From IMG/VR virus record IMGVR_UViG_3300010158_000057: DNA of 64,000 bases. One strand, written 5' to 3'. This document shows positions 1 to 12,800 of the stretch, in pieces (within the stretch, counting starts at the first letter, position 1; the number at the start of each line of letters is the position of its first letter). Both the position numbers and the translations under genes were made by a program. The notes under the pieces are model-generated. The model searched no databases, had not been told where the DNA came from, and saw only the letters and a program-made list of their open reading frames with translations. The stretch is from an uncultured virus (IMG/VR IMGVR_UViG_3300010158_000057) (lineage: Duplodnaviria; Heunggongvirae; Uroviricota; Caudoviricetes).

Positions 1-276
1 CCGCCTCCACCGCCGCCTCCACCGCCGCCTCCACCGCCGCCTCCACCGCCGCCTCCACCGCCGCCTCCACCACCACCTCCGGGACCACCGCCTTTGCCTC
101 CACCACCTCCTTTGCCTCCGGGACCACCGCCCTTGCCTCCACCACCAGAACCGCTACCAGAGCCACTACCAGAACCGCTACCAGAGCCACTACCAGAACC
201 GCTACCAGAGCCACTACCAGAACCGCTACCAGAACCGCTACCAGAGCCACTACCAGAACCGCTACCAGAGCCACTA
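1..276. repeat. Coding tandem repeats: 9-bp CCGCCTCCA units (poly-Gly on minus) and 12-bp CCAGA(A/G)CC(G/A)CTA units (Gly-Ser)
   Basis: Directly visible at about 1-72 and 145-276. Confidence 0.95.
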
Positions 277-965
277 TTTCCCCCTACTGACTTGAAATTA
301 TTTGTATTACCATTAAACTGTGCATTTCTAGCATTAGGATTCTGTATATTTCCATTAGTTGTTTTAGGAGTAGAAGTAAAATTAGTTCCTGATTTGGTAA
401 CCTCAAAATTAGTGATTTTACCATTTTGGTCTACTGAAGTAACTCTTATCTGACCATTAAATCCTCCATTATCATCATAAACATTAAACGTATCTCCAAC
501 CTTATATCCACTACCACCATCTGTAAGAGTAAAAGATTCTTTAGTTATTCCATAAACAGTAGGAGGAGTAACGCTGGGAGTGGGGGTGGGAGTAGGTGTT
601 GGCATAGCCGTTGTTCTGGGATAGCCATTTGGCGAACACAAATCTCCAGCAACTACATGGTAATGCTGTACATATACTTCTTGATTAGTGCTTAAATCTG
701 TTAGTACAAGTTTAACTATTGTATCAGAAGAATTATCTATATTGTATGCTGTTCTGATTCTAACATAAGTATTTATGTCTAAACTATTAGATTGTGGCTT
801 AATCTGGAATTGTCTTGGATTAATAGAAACGATACTTCTTTTGGGCAAAACAGAGATATCATTAATATCTATTTGATAAGATTTGGCTCTGCTCACTGGA
901 ATATTGGGAAAAGTGAGAGTAAATCCTTTATATGCGATAGCTGGATCTATAGTTTTCTTTAGCAT
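1..965 (-). CDS. Partial gene (3' end runs off the window): putative virion protein with an N-terminal domain, a Thr-Pro linker, a GGSGY-type beta repeat and a (Gly-Ser)n/poly-Gly tract
   Basis: ATG at 965 reads MLKKTIDPAIAYKGFTLTFPNIP...PTPTPTPSVTPP...FTLTDGGSGYKVGDTF...GNSGSGSGS...GGGG with no stop before base 1. Not in the ORF track because it is open-ended. Same strand as its neighbours. Confidence 0.8.
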   Translation of the reverse strand, partial: MLKKTIDPAIAYKGFTLTFPNIPVSRAKSYQIDINDISVLPKRSIVSINPRQFQIKPQSNSLDINTYVRIRTAYNIDNSSDTIVKLVLTDLSTNQEVYVQHYHVVAGDLCSPNGYPRTTAMPTPTPTPTPSVTPPTVYGITKESFTLTDGGSGYKVGDTFNVYDDNGGFNGQIRVTSVDQNGKITNFEVTKSGTNFTSTPKTTNGNIQNPNARNAQFNGNTNNFKSVGGNSGSGSGSGSGSGSGSGSGSGSGSGSGSGSGSGSGSGSGSGSGSGGGGKGGGPGGKGGGGGKGGGPGGGGGGGGGGGGGGGGGGGGGGGGGG

Positions 966-1006
966 GTATATTCTTTTTTCCTTATTATTCTAGATCCAGC
1001 CTAGAT

Positions 1007-1780
1007 TTATATGCTACTTGGTGGTGTTTCCGATGGTGTGGGTGTTGGTGTTAGAGTCGGAGTTAACGTGGGCGTTTCAGACAGTGTTGGTGTTGGCGTT
1101 AGCGTAGGAGTTTCAGATAGGGTTGGTGTTAGTGTTAGCGTGGGCGTAGGAGTTAATGTAGAGGTTGTTGTTGGCGTGGGTGTAGAAGTAGGTGTTTCCG
1201 TAATAGTTGGAGTTGTTGTTCTTGTAAGGGTGGGTGTATTTGTAAGAGTTGGTGTTGGTGTAGGGGTTGCTGTGGATGTAGATGTAATGGTTGGTGTAAC
1301 ACTAATTGTTGGTGTTATTGTTTTTGTTGGAGTTCTAGTCTGAGTCATTGTTGGAGTTTGACTAGGAACCCTATAGGCTGCAACCGTACTAAAATCAGGA
1401 ATACCACTGGTACCACATAAATTACCACACTTAATATGTCCTCTTTCCCTATAAACTGCAGAAGGAGGAAGAGTAAATTTAGTTCTACTATTAGCTTCAA
1501 AAATAGATAGCTCTATAATGCTTCTAGAAGAATTGTCTAAATTAAAATTGCTATAAATTTTAGCTACTGTATAGACAGAAACTCCATGCTGATACTCGTC
1601 CATAGGCTTGATATAATAATAATCTGGATAAAACCATATTACTCCAGAAGGTATACTATCTATTTGGTTAAAATATACAAGATAGTCCTGATTGGGTTTA
1701 AGGGTTTTAATTCCTGTAAAGGATATAATCACCCCGCTTTGACAAGCTACGCCCGAAGAAAAATTAAAGTTAGCTGTCAT
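1007..1780 (-). CDS. Hypothetical, probably virion-associated protein with a long C-terminal Thr-Pro repeat
   Basis: 257 aa; roughly the last 115 aa are (TP/TPT)n. N-terminal domain resembles that of the 1..965 gene. Confidence 0.8.
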   Translation of the reverse strand: MTANFNFSSGVACQSGVIISFTGIKTLKPNQDYLVYFNQIDSIPSGVIWFYPDYYYIKPMDEYQHGVSVYTVAKIYSNFNLDNSSRSIIELSIFEANSRTKFTLPPSAVYRERGHIKCGNLCGTSGIPDFSTVAAYRVPSQTPTMTQTRTPTKTITPTISVTPTITSTSTATPTPTPTLTNTPTLTRTTTPTITETPTSTPTPTTTSTLTPTPTLTLTPTLSETPTLTPTPTLSETPTLTPTLTPTPTPSETPPSSI

Positions 1781-1789
1781 AATTTAGTC

Positions 1790-2290
1790 CTATGAGCAAT
1801 TGGAACAACAAATAGCTACAATGTTTTCTGCTAATATAACACCATTTTTAAGAACACCAAATTTAATTAGGGCATTATTTTGTATGGTAGTCACTCCAAT
1901 ATTCAAAGAGACCTCTCTTCTAGAAGAAGTGGTTGGGGATAAATTGCCTGCTGTACTGCTAATATAGGTTGTGGTATTTGCAACAACATCAACTACATAA
2001 TAAGTATAAGCATTACCAACTAATAGATTATCAACTGTAACAGTAACAGTATCTCCATTACAACAGAATCCAGCAACATCAGAAAATCTTATGACCGGAA
2101 CAAACTTTAGCAGATCATTACCTGGAGACGTATCATCAATAGGTATTGATAAAAAACGAATAATTTTTCCATCTGTTCTTTTGCTATACATGATTCCTGT
2201 ATTAGCATTAATAACTAATTCTCCAACGCCAACTTGAGTGTCAAGTGGGGCATTTGTGGTAGAAATATCTCTTGTTAAAAAATAGCTCAT
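1790..2290 (-). CDS. Hypothetical protein, possibly structural, with Cys pairs
   Basis: 166 aa, tightly packed in the operon. N-terminal GELVIN motif resembles fibre N-termini; also FCC and CCSNC. Confidence 0.75.
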   Translation of the reverse strand: MSYFLTRDISTTNAPLDTQVGVGELVINANTGIMYSKRTDGKIIRFLSIPIDDTSPGNDLLKFVPVIRFSDVAGFCCNGDTVTVTVDNLLVGNAYTYYVVDVVANTTTYISSTAGNLSPTTSSRREVSLNIGVTTIQNNALIKFGVLKNGVILAENIVAICCSNCS

Positions 2291-2302
2291 TTTAATATGT
2301 CC

Positions 2303-3799
2303 TTATACTCTTCTAGTGGGTGTCGGGGTTGGAGTTGTGGTAGGTGTTGGAGTCATTGTTACAGGGGTAGCTGTCATAGTTGGTGTGGGCGTTGGACTTG
2401 TACTAGGGCTATTATCGGAGGATAAGCCCCTAAATACTATTACTCCACCATCAATATCAAAATTCCTAAGACTAACCTTACCTGTAATATCTAAACCAGA
2501 CGGACTGAGATCAAAGGTGTTGGAGCCTACAGCTACTCTGAAGCGATTATTTGTTATGCTCAGCATATCTACTAAACTTCCCGAATTATCAACAGAGACA
2601 ACAAATTCTCCAGAAGTTGATCCTGCTATAGGATTCAAAATTTTAGATCTTAATTGAACATAATTAACTTGCTGAGATACAGAATTCTTACCGCTAAAAT
2701 TAATAGAAGCTGCTATTGTTCCTGTTGCTGGAACCGTGCTGGGCTTATGGTACAGAGTGAGGTTTGCTGGGTGGCACTGATTTCTATTCTCTAATCTGAT
2801 ACCTTCTATGCAACTATTATTAACAATATGTAGAGCTGTTAAAGGTCTGGCATTGGGAGGCATATTTATACCCAATTTACCATCATAACCAAAATAAAGA
2901 TTTTTATCACCACTACCCTTAACTATAAAATCAGACTGATAGTTTTTGTTATTCAATACTATATTGCCACTAGTTGATAATGGAATTATAGTATTAGCTT
3001 GATTTATACCACTACCACCATATAGAAGATTATTATCTACATAATAAACTGGGAGTCCATCAAAAGATCCAGAAGAATTAAACTGTAAAGAATAAGGGGA
3101 TCCCCCAGGCAATCCTGAGCCTGCAATAGCCTGTAGATATGTTTGGGGCAAATTAACTTCTTGTTGAAGTGTGGGGACTTCGCTAACTATTTGTTCTGAT
3201 AATTCTACCCAATCAAATCCACCAGACACTAATCTGCAATTGATTTTATTGGAATCTAATTCTAGCCAAATGCTATTATTTTTCTTAATGTAAGCCTTGT
3301 GAGAAGAATTGGTGTGTAAAAGTTTAAATTCTAGAAGAAGATTAACATTGTCTGAAGAATCAATTAGATCTATGGTAATATCTTGATTATTGTTATTTAA
3401 CAGATATATGGATTGAACATTGTCTACTGTAAAGTTTTCATTCTTAATAAGAACATTTTGAAAACCAGTATTAAAATTAAATTCATTAGCTAGTACATAT
3501 AGTTTAGAGCTAACAACGCCATCAAAAGAAACTGATTCATTATTGTTAGATGATGATAGTACTTTCACTCTGCTAACAGAAAATACATTATCTACATACT
3601 CTAATTGACCAAGCCCTATCTCCCAAACTCCATTTGATTTTTCAGTATCTTTTGCTAGGTATGGAATAATTTTATTACTATCTTTAGGGCTTAGTTCTTT
3701 TAATCCTCCATAAGACTGCAATAGAACCATCTTGTTTTCGCTATTAATTGAAAACGAATAACATACTCCGTCTAAAATACTAATTGGATAGTTTAACAT
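2303..3799 (-). CDS. Putative tail/fibre-associated structural protein with a C-terminal Thr-Pro tail
   Basis: 498 aa directly downstream of the TMP. Has fibre-like motifs PGGSPYSLQFNSSGSF and GKLGIN...ALHI. Confidence 0.7.
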   Translation of the reverse strand: MLNYPISILDGVCYSFSINSENKMVLLQSYGGLKELSPKDSNKIIPYLAKDTEKSNGVWEIGLGQLEYVDNVFSVSRVKVLSSSNNNESVSFDGVVSSKLYVLANEFNFNTGFQNVLIKNENFTVDNVQSIYLLNNNNQDITIDLIDSSDNVNLLLEFKLLHTNSSHKAYIKKNNSIWLELDSNKINCRLVSGGFDWVELSEQIVSEVPTLQQEVNLPQTYLQAIAGSGLPGGSPYSLQFNSSGSFDGLPVYYVDNNLLYGGSGINQANTIIPLSTSGNIVLNNKNYQSDFIVKGSGDKNLYFGYDGKLGINMPPNARPLTALHIVNNSCIEGIRLENRNQCHPANLTLYHKPSTVPATGTIAASINFSGKNSVSQQVNYVQLRSKILNPIAGSTSGEFVVSVDNSGSLVDMLSITNNRFRVAVGSNTFDLSPSGLDITGKVSLRNFDIDGGVIVFRGLSSDNSPSTSPTPTPTMTATPVTMTPTPTTTPTPTPTRRV

Positions 3800-3824
3800 A
3801 ATTATTCTCTATGATTAAGGTTTA

Positions 3825-6800
3825 TTAAGCGGTTTGTCTTCCTATTGCTCCTTCAGTGCTTTTCATCAAATTTTTGTTCACGCCAGCTATTGAGTTGTTT
3901 ATATTATCATTGCTAATAGCTACCGACGTATCAATACTTCTTTTTACAATATCATTAACTCGTTCTGGTAGCATATCTGTGATAATATGACCGCTATGTG
4001 TTAGTACGATCTCGTCTGGGAACTTGGTCTCGGATATTGCCTTAGAAGTATTGGCTAGTTTTTGTGCGCTTTCTGTCATGGTGGATCCTACACTATTTAG
4101 CTTTGATGTTACGTCCGTTAATGCGTTGCCTATGGCTTTTGAAATCTCCTGTGCCTGACCAATAAACTCATCAACCCAAGCTGGTTTAGCCATAACCATA
4201 TTTTGGCCAACACTATTATTTAATACACCGCTACTGTTAGATATCTGGCTCATAGCCCCAATAGGATTCTCATTACCGCGAGACAGGTAGTGAGGCTGCA
4301 CAAAGCCACCATTAGCCAAGTAATTAACAATCCCACCCGCAGAATATGCTCCTCCATTAATAGCATTCAGAACTGGCATGAACTTCTGAGCAGAGTTGCG
4401 ATTGACCACAAATTCTCCGGGTGTTAACATGGCCGGAACAGTATCAGTACCAGAAGCTTGGGCATCAATTAATGCTCCATTATTAGCATATACTATACCT
4501 CCAGAAGCATAGTGATTACTGCTATTTTGCAGAGCCTGATTATTGCTGTAAACTAATCCTCCTGTAGCAAGATTTTTTGGTTCTCTCCAACTACTACCAT
4601 CTACACCGATATTACTACCATTATTAGCCGCTACATCATATTCTCTTTCTAAGCTATCTAAAAATGTGCGTGATTCGCCATAGTCACTTGAGGAGTATTT
4701 GCTTTGATTTGCTCTAAAGGAATTCTTAAATTCTTGAAATTGCCCACTGACATTTTGATAGGTGTCATAATCTACATCTTCGCCACCCCCACTATTTACC
4801 ATATCTTCAAAAGCTTTTTGTATAGCGCTTCTGTTTCGAGCATATTCAGAATCTGTTAGAGCCATTGTCCATTGGATCTCTCCGGTCCCTGGGTTGAGCA
4901 CAGTGTCGTTGGTCCTTGGTGACTGTCCCATCTCTGAGACTCTATCATTTTTCTCTTTCTTTTCTCTTCTTGCTTTTTGTTCTTGTGTTTCTCCTGCTGG
5001 GGGTTTATCTGGTGTTGTTTTTGATCTTCTCCAATCTGGTTTTTTATCACCTCCAACATTTCCTCCATTCTTAGCTGCTATAATAAATTCTTGTTCTAGG
5101 CTATCTAAGAAAGATCTAGATTCTCCATAATTAGAACTATCAACAACATGAACATTCTCTTTCAATAAATCTTTTAAATCTTTGAATTCGGATAATCCTG
5201 TTTGATAAATACTATGATCGACAACTGGTCTATCTCCGGTATCTTCTGCATCCTTTCTAATTTTTACCATTTTCTTAAATAGATCTTGGATATTTCCTGT
5301 GTGCTGACTATATTTTTGTCTTCCTAGCTCCAATGGCCACCTGATACTTCCTGTGTCAGTATCTATTGAGACAGGCATATTTGTATCTGTGGTGATTCTT
5401 GGAAGAGCAAACGTTTGGGCCATTCTGTTATTTTTTTCTACTCTCTGTGCATTTGCTTGCTCTCTACGATTAAAAGGATTTGCTAGTGGAGCATTAGGAT
5501 CTGGTACCTGAGCAGGATCTGGGGCGGCCTGTGCGGGATCTGCTGGTTTTTCTTTTGGTTTTCTCCAATCTGGTTTCTTTTTTCCTCCTAGATCCCAAGT
5601 GCCACTCTTTATCATCATGTCATATTCTCTTTGCAAACTATCTAAGAACGTTCTAGATCTACCATAATCTCCAGCGTCATATTCTCCTACTCTGGATTTT
5701 AATCTGCTCTTAAATTCATTAAAGGCTTGAATAGAATCATCATACCCAACATGGCGAGTCATTGCTTTTTCTATAGCAGTTCTATCGCTGGAGAAGACAC
5801 CGTCCCTAAGAACTACAGGCCAATTAATTTTAGCTGTTCGCTCGAACTGTTTGGAACCATCCTTCTTTTCTGTCCAATCTAGTTTAATGTCTTTTTCATC
5901 TAGTCTGGGAGCCATTCCAGATGCTGCTATTCTATTATTTTTTTCTGCTAGTTCTTGTGCTGCTTTTTCTCTGGGATCTTGAGAGAGTGGTGCTGGAGCG
6001 CCAGCTGGAGCACCGGCTGGAGCGCCAGCTGGAGCACCGGCCGGAGCACCAGCGACTGGTATCGGGTTTTTCTTTTTTCTCCAGTCTCTTTGATCTCCTG
6101 TTGGTCCATCGCCTGCAGCTATTCTGTATTCTCTTTCTAGGCTTTGTAAGTAAGATACAGACTTTCCATAATTCCCTGCATCTTTCCCTCGATATTTATC
6201 AACATTTTCTTTTAACTGATATCGTAATTCTTTAAAGTCAGTTAGGGTATTATTATAGTCTTCATAAGAGTCTGTTGTTCCACTCTCTGCTAGTCTCTTA
6301 AATGATTTTTGTAGACTATCTCTAAGGATAGTATAAGGACGATCTCTGAGGACCACAGGCCATCTAATCTCTCCAGTGTCTGGATCAAGATTTGCACTAT
6401 TGATACGAGATGGTGTTCCTATGTCGTTAACTCTATTGACTCTTTGTTGTCTTGTTAATGGTACAGGTATTGCTTGTTTGCCAGCTGGGGTTGCTCCTGA
6501 AGGGGCTCTTCCTCCTCCAACCAAATATACCACACCTCCTTTATTCATAGTATCGGGTGAAGAAACATCAGCTCCACTATTAATAGCTTTCAATAGTGGT
6601 AGGTGTTGAGCAGTCGATCTGGCATTAATTACAAATTCACCAGGGGTAAGCATGGCTGGTACAGTATCTGTTCCCTTGGGTTGGAAATTAATATACTTTC
6701 CAGTAGAAGCATAGATTAATCCTCCGTTATAGTGACCAGCGGCTTTATGTTCGTCACCATGAGTATCTCCATGTTCGGCACCATGTCCACCACCATGTTC

Positions 6801-9800
6801 GGCACCATGTCCACCACCATGTTCGGCACCATGTGCCTCACCATGTTCATCACCATGATCATGGTCATGCTTGTGTGGCACAAGATAGTGGTGCATCTGT
6901 TTTTCCATAAAACTTATTAAGCCTTCTTCTTTCCACTTTTCTCCTATTGTGTGAATAGCTCTTGCCAGGGTCATACGAAGACTACCTAATTCAGACGTTT
7001 TTTTAACTACAGCATCCTTCAGATACTCTTGTCTTACTAATCCTAAAGTCTGACCGGGTAAGTTGGGTAATTCAAAATTACTAACAGAAGCGCCAGCAGA
7101 TCGAGGAGAACTGATTCCTGCCTGAGTAAGTATTTCTTGAAAACTAGTTTCTGCAGATCTGGCCGCTTCTTCCGGCGGTAATATTCCTTTTAGTTTAATT
7201 TTTTCCTCTAGAGCCTCTCTTATCTTCGTCAAAGCTTCTGACCATTGAGTATTAGGTTTATTAGATAATGCATTATCTAATTGAGAAGAGAATCCACTTA
7301 TTGGGCTATTATTTATTGCTTCTTTTAAGCTAGCATAAAGCTCGGGCTTGGATGTCAATGCTTCTTGTAAAAACTTTGCACTATTATCGTCGAATACCGA
7401 TAAAGGAGCCTTAGAAAAGACCATACCAAAATCATCTAACATTTTTTGAGCTGTTACGGATTGAAAAGTTTGCTGTCCATTTTCAAATATCTCCACTTTT
7501 CCTCTATTATCAACATACTTTTTAATTGCGGTTTTTAGATTCTCTTTAAAAAGGGCAAGTTGCTCTGGTATGCTGCTTCCCCCCGAAGTAACTGGGCGAT
7601 ATCTTGTTGTTCCCTTGGCTCCCGGCACCAGAGGACTTTCCAAAGCCAAAGATCCATTTGTCGTTGGTGGTGCTATCTTTTCAGAACGAACAACAGCTGC
7701 ATAAGGTCCTTCTTTGGTAGATGCTTCATAGGCTTTTTTCCCTAATTGTTTTGTCATATTTTCTTGTACAGCGTGCATATCTACACTATGCGTCAAGTGA
7801 TGCTCTGCGCCAGCCATACCTCTTTTGGCCATAAATTGACCAACACCTCTATGTACCAATCTTTCTATAGGTTCCGCATATAATGTTCCACCAAGCAATT
7901 CACCACCAAAACCGACCCATCTTCCAGCTTCATAGTTTTCTGGATGTTTCTTTATTTTTTCTTTTATAGACTCCATCATATCTTCGGGCAATATCGCAGA
8001 TATTCCTTGTGCAATGGCCCAATTAAGTCCTTCTCCTGCCAATGTTCCACCCAATCCACCAACAGCAGCAGTACCAAAACCTATAGGGGTGGGGCCGCCT
8101 CCTAAAACAAAGCCTAGTCCAGCCCCAGCTACTCCTAAAACTCCAGGTAAAATTTTAGTCATCAATCCAATAGCGCCAACTAGAGCTTCATCTCTATTCT
8201 CTGGAATACCTAAATAGTCTACCCACTTTCTGCCTTCAGTGTAAGTCCAGTCTCTTGACTGTTGTGGTAAAATTCTAGCAGTATACCAATCATCAATATC
8301 TGCTTCTGTAGAAGCTGCTTCTTTATAAATATTAGAATATGTGGGCGCGGTTGATTGGAGAGCATCAGCCCTATATTTAAAGAATGACTCAGCATCATTT
8401 CTTTCAGCTTTACCCCTAGTATTAAAGTCTATTGGATTAATATCAGATAATAATAAGGTTTTTATTTCAGTATCTAGATGTTCTATCTGTTTTTCGCTAT
8501 TTTTAGAACCTATTCCAAGCATGTTATAGTGTAGATCCATCCCCCTAACATTTCCTGCCTCATAATTTCTTAGTTTTCCAGTATTGGCTTCTTCTACAAC
8601 CCTAACATAATCTTCGTGTTTTTTCTTTTCTGCTTTTTTCTGTTTAACCATCGATAATTGTTTAGCTGCTGCTATAACATAATCCAAAAATTCTGTATAA
8701 GTACCACTCTCTCTGCTAAAATACGAGCTAGCCACATAATTAAGATCTGAATCAACAAGTGTTGATAATTTTTCTGTAATATTTGTTCCTGGTGCATTAT
8801 TTAAAATATCTTCCCACTTTTTGTGCCTTGGATATCCAAGCTCTCTAACATACTGCCCAGCATTAGGGTATTTCTTTCTTTCACTAAGACTAAAAACAAA
8901 GCTGTTGGAGCCCTGGGGATTAAAAAGAGAAGTGCTTCCAACTTCTCTAGCCTCTTTTTGTGTTCGTCTATATTCTCGATTTTTGAGGACACCACTATAG
9001 TCTACTATTTTAGATTTGGGTGCCTCACCACCTCCAAAATACTTTGAAATATTATTCAATGTAGCTTCTTCTAAATGTCCGGACTGTTCTAATTCATCAA
9101 TAGCTTGAAGGATTGGCTTATTAGGACCAAATTTTATACCACCTTCGGGATTTTTTGATCCTGTGGATCTATAAATAGTACTATTCCCACTATTCATTGC
9201 CTGTAGTAATGGTAAATTATTTTGTGTTGCTTGGCTATTTACTACAAATTCTCCGGGACTTAGCATAGCAGGAATAGTGTCTGTACCCTTGGGAGAAAAT
9301 AATGCTCCCATACTAGCATAAACAACTCCACCAATAGCTTTGTGTTTCGCAGCAATAAGACTCGTTTGTGGCTCAACCTCTAGAGGAGGTAATGATTCTG
9401 GTTTAATATTATCAGATAAACTAGATCCTAGTTCTTCTATGGCTCTGCCCACCAAAGACTGATATTTATCTAATTTCTCTTTGACAATTGGACTATCTGG
9501 TCCAAGTCTAAAAAAGGTTGTATTTTCATCATTAGTTTTTTGTGTTGCAAGCTCCTTTAATCCAGATCTTTGAGCATATAGTGTTTGTTCTTTTTCTGCA
9601 ATAGCATCGCGTATTGGTTTTTCTTCAACCTGCATTTGTCCTTTCTCTTCTAGCTGTCTAAGAGAAGAAATTTGAGCAGTGAGGGTGGCTATGGATCTGA
9701 CCAGACTTGATTCTTGAGCATCTAAACCAAAATTAAAGCTGTCTGGATTTTTTGATTGTTTTGTGACAGTACCGTCTGATCCAGTCACATACTCTTGTGT

Positions 9801-12800
9801 TTTGCTGGACTTAACCATCTGGTCAGTTCTAACTTGTAGCTGTTGGGCTTGTGCAGATTCTCTGGCGTATGCGGAACCAGATTTGTATAGCTCTGCTCCT
9901 GCGCCCACAACTGCCCCACCAGCTCCACCAATAGCTGTTCCGGGACCCGGCGCAACAAAAGTACCCAAAGTTGCTCCGATACCCGCTAAGCGTAGCGATG
10001 ATTCTCCTGCCGCTAATTGAGTATCTACCATACCTCCCTGCTGAATATTTGCCCCAAAAGCATTAGCAGCACCAGCTAAACTAGAACCTCCTGTTGTAGC
10101 ATCTCCTGTTGCTGCTCCTATAATAATGTTTTCTACTGCTGTTCTTAATTTTGCTTCGTTACTAGTATCATAAGCACCAGCAACAGCGCCTCTGCCAAGT
10201 TCTGCCACGCCTCCTACGGCTCCTAGAGGGGCTGCTATTTGACTAGCCAAGCTTCCTGCTGGAGCCATAAGAGAGGTTGTTTGAGCAGCTCTTAGAGTTA
10301 ATGAAGTTGCATCGTTAGCAATACCTAAACCGCTTTGTAAACGAGTCTCAGGATTATTATAGAAATCTAAACTATTACGAGTTAAACCAGCAGCGTCACC
10401 AGCAGCAGCTAATGGGGGAGCAGAAGCGCCTGCTAAGTCTCCTATTCCATCGACTACACTTAATCCACCCCTAAAAGCATCATAGGAAGTTCCTGCTTCT
10501 TTAATTTCTTGAGCACCTTTAATTGCAGTAATAGCTCCATTAGCTCGACTAATACCAGAAGATAGAACATTTCCTGCGCGGGCAGATTGAGCTGTTTGTG
10601 TTTCTCTATTATAAGCCCTGCGAGCTTCTGATTCTTTAATAATGTCTTCTGATTTTGAAGTATCGAGATCTGTTTTTTCTCTGCCTGTGATCGCTTCTTG
10701 GCGAGTAATATCTGCTTCTTTCGCAACTTTGCTGATAGTGAGGGGTTTTTTTCTATCGGGTAAAGAATTTGGATCAAAAAATGGACTATCGATTCCTGTT
10801 GGTCCGTTCTCATAGGTTGGGGCTGTTGGGTTTTTGGGAAAACCTGGAAGTAAACTAGGTGAAAAATTCTCAACAGGAAATGGTTCTGTGTAAGCTGGTT
10901 TCTTTGGTAATACAACCTCTGGCTGAGGCATAACTGGCATTTGTGGCATAGTTTTTGGTCGTATGTCTTCCGGAGTTGAGATTGGTTCTCTAACATCAGG
11001 AAGAGGCATTTCCGGCATTGTGGGCATTTCTGGCACAATAGGCTCAACTTCTGGAAACGGAATTGGCTCAAAATCTGGCTTATTTGGTATTGGAAGATCC
11101 GGGAGTGGAATAGGAGGTATTGGTGGAGAGAATCCTTCAGTAATGCCCTCCTCAGCTGTAACAGGCGGTTTTATATCTAAAGGAGCAACTGGCCTTACCT
11201 GTGATGGTAAAGTTGTGGCTATATCAAGAGGCTTGCCAATATCTTTGCCTGTGCAACAAGTTAGTGTAGAGTCTTTAATATCTTCTAGAGTTTTTAATAT
11301 GCTTTGTAATATGCCAATAGAGATAATTTCATTATCATTAGATATTCTGAGTAATGGAGATGCTAAGTCTGATGAACTACTATCAGAAATACTTTTTTGA
11401 GAAGAAGATAGTTTTTCAGTAATTTTCATTTGTGTCATTAATAGTGACAATGATTCATTATCTACAACACCCCCATCTTTATAGTATCCTATTTTTCCTC
11501 CCTTGTTTTTATTAATAGAATTTAGCAGGGGAAGGTTTCGTGCTGTTGCTCCGCTATTAACAACAAATTCTCCAGGACTTAACATTGCAGGAATCGTATC
11601 AGTGCCCTTTGGTTCAAAATTAATAAGCTGACCTTGGCTAGCGTATATTAATCCTCCTTGATTTTTATATTCTACTTTTCTTTTTTCATAGTTGCTTAAA
11701 TCTGGTAGTTCTCCGAACATGCCTGTGCCACCAACAAAATCAAACGCATACTTGTTTGCATCATAAAAATTAGGAGCTAAAGAATTATCGAGACTTGTTA
11801 GTCTGTCGCCAAAAGAAACTGTTTTGTTGGCTGTTTGATCATACAGATAGTCTATTCCTTCCCAGTCTTTATTGGCTTTTACTGGTATCATAGCATCATC
11901 ATTACCCTTACCTCCGAACCAAGACTTTAGAGATTTAAGAGCACCACCATATCTGGCACCTTCAGTTACACTAAATAATGGGGCCCCGTTACTTCTTGTT
12001 GCTGTTGGAATCCTGGTAATAAATTCATCAAAAAACTTAGCTCGAATATCTCTATTTGTATATTGATTATACGGATTTAAAGCATATGTAAATATATTTC
12101 TATATGATGCATTATCTAGATCGAGAGGATTGAATTCTTGTAGATCAATTGTGTCCTTATTATTGCTACTCTTATCTATTTTAGATCCTTTTAGGTCCTC
12201 AGATACTCTGTTTCTTTTATCTGGAGTTAAAGCTGCTTTATCCATGGCGGCAAAATATGGATTACTCCCAGCACTCTTATCATTAATACTAAAAGATGAT
12301 GACTTATTATTAGTTTCTAATGATTGAAACATGTCTATGGCTTGTTTAATAGCTGCCGGATTTCCATTTGGTGTTGGAGGTCCTTTAAATAGGTCCGGAT
12401 CAAAAAATCTTTTGACCTCACCCGTAGCTTCTTTCTCAAAACTTGAAAAAGCAGACAGAGCGCCTCTCATGTATGTTTGTGCTCTTATTATCTTATCGTA
12501 CTGTCGTGGGTCTCTTTGGGCCATTTCTGGAGTTATATATTTTTCTACTCTACCAGAAGCATCACTTAACCAAGAACCTAATCTGCCCATACCCTCTCTA
12601 ATTAAACCTTGTGGCATATCATATATGCTGTTAAATTGAGTTGGTAGCATTGGCTTAAACCAATTTTGTGGTAATATTCCTGGAAGCTCAAACTCACCAC
12701 CTGAACCGAATAGTTCTTCTGCTCCCAGAACTAATGCTAGTGAAGCACCAGCGAACTCTTGGCCTTCATCAAATCCTACTAATTTACTAGTATCTCTACT

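Noticed and set aside
94..453. Plus-strand (PEPL)n/poly-Pro ORF
   Set aside because: Antisense shadow of the Gly/Ser-rich minus-strand gene 1..965; all neighbouring genes are on the minus strand.
10460..11071. 203-aa alternative-frame ORF inside the TMP
   Set aside because: Overlaps a Pro-rich stretch of the main frame, with no recognisable motif or clear SD; probably incidental.
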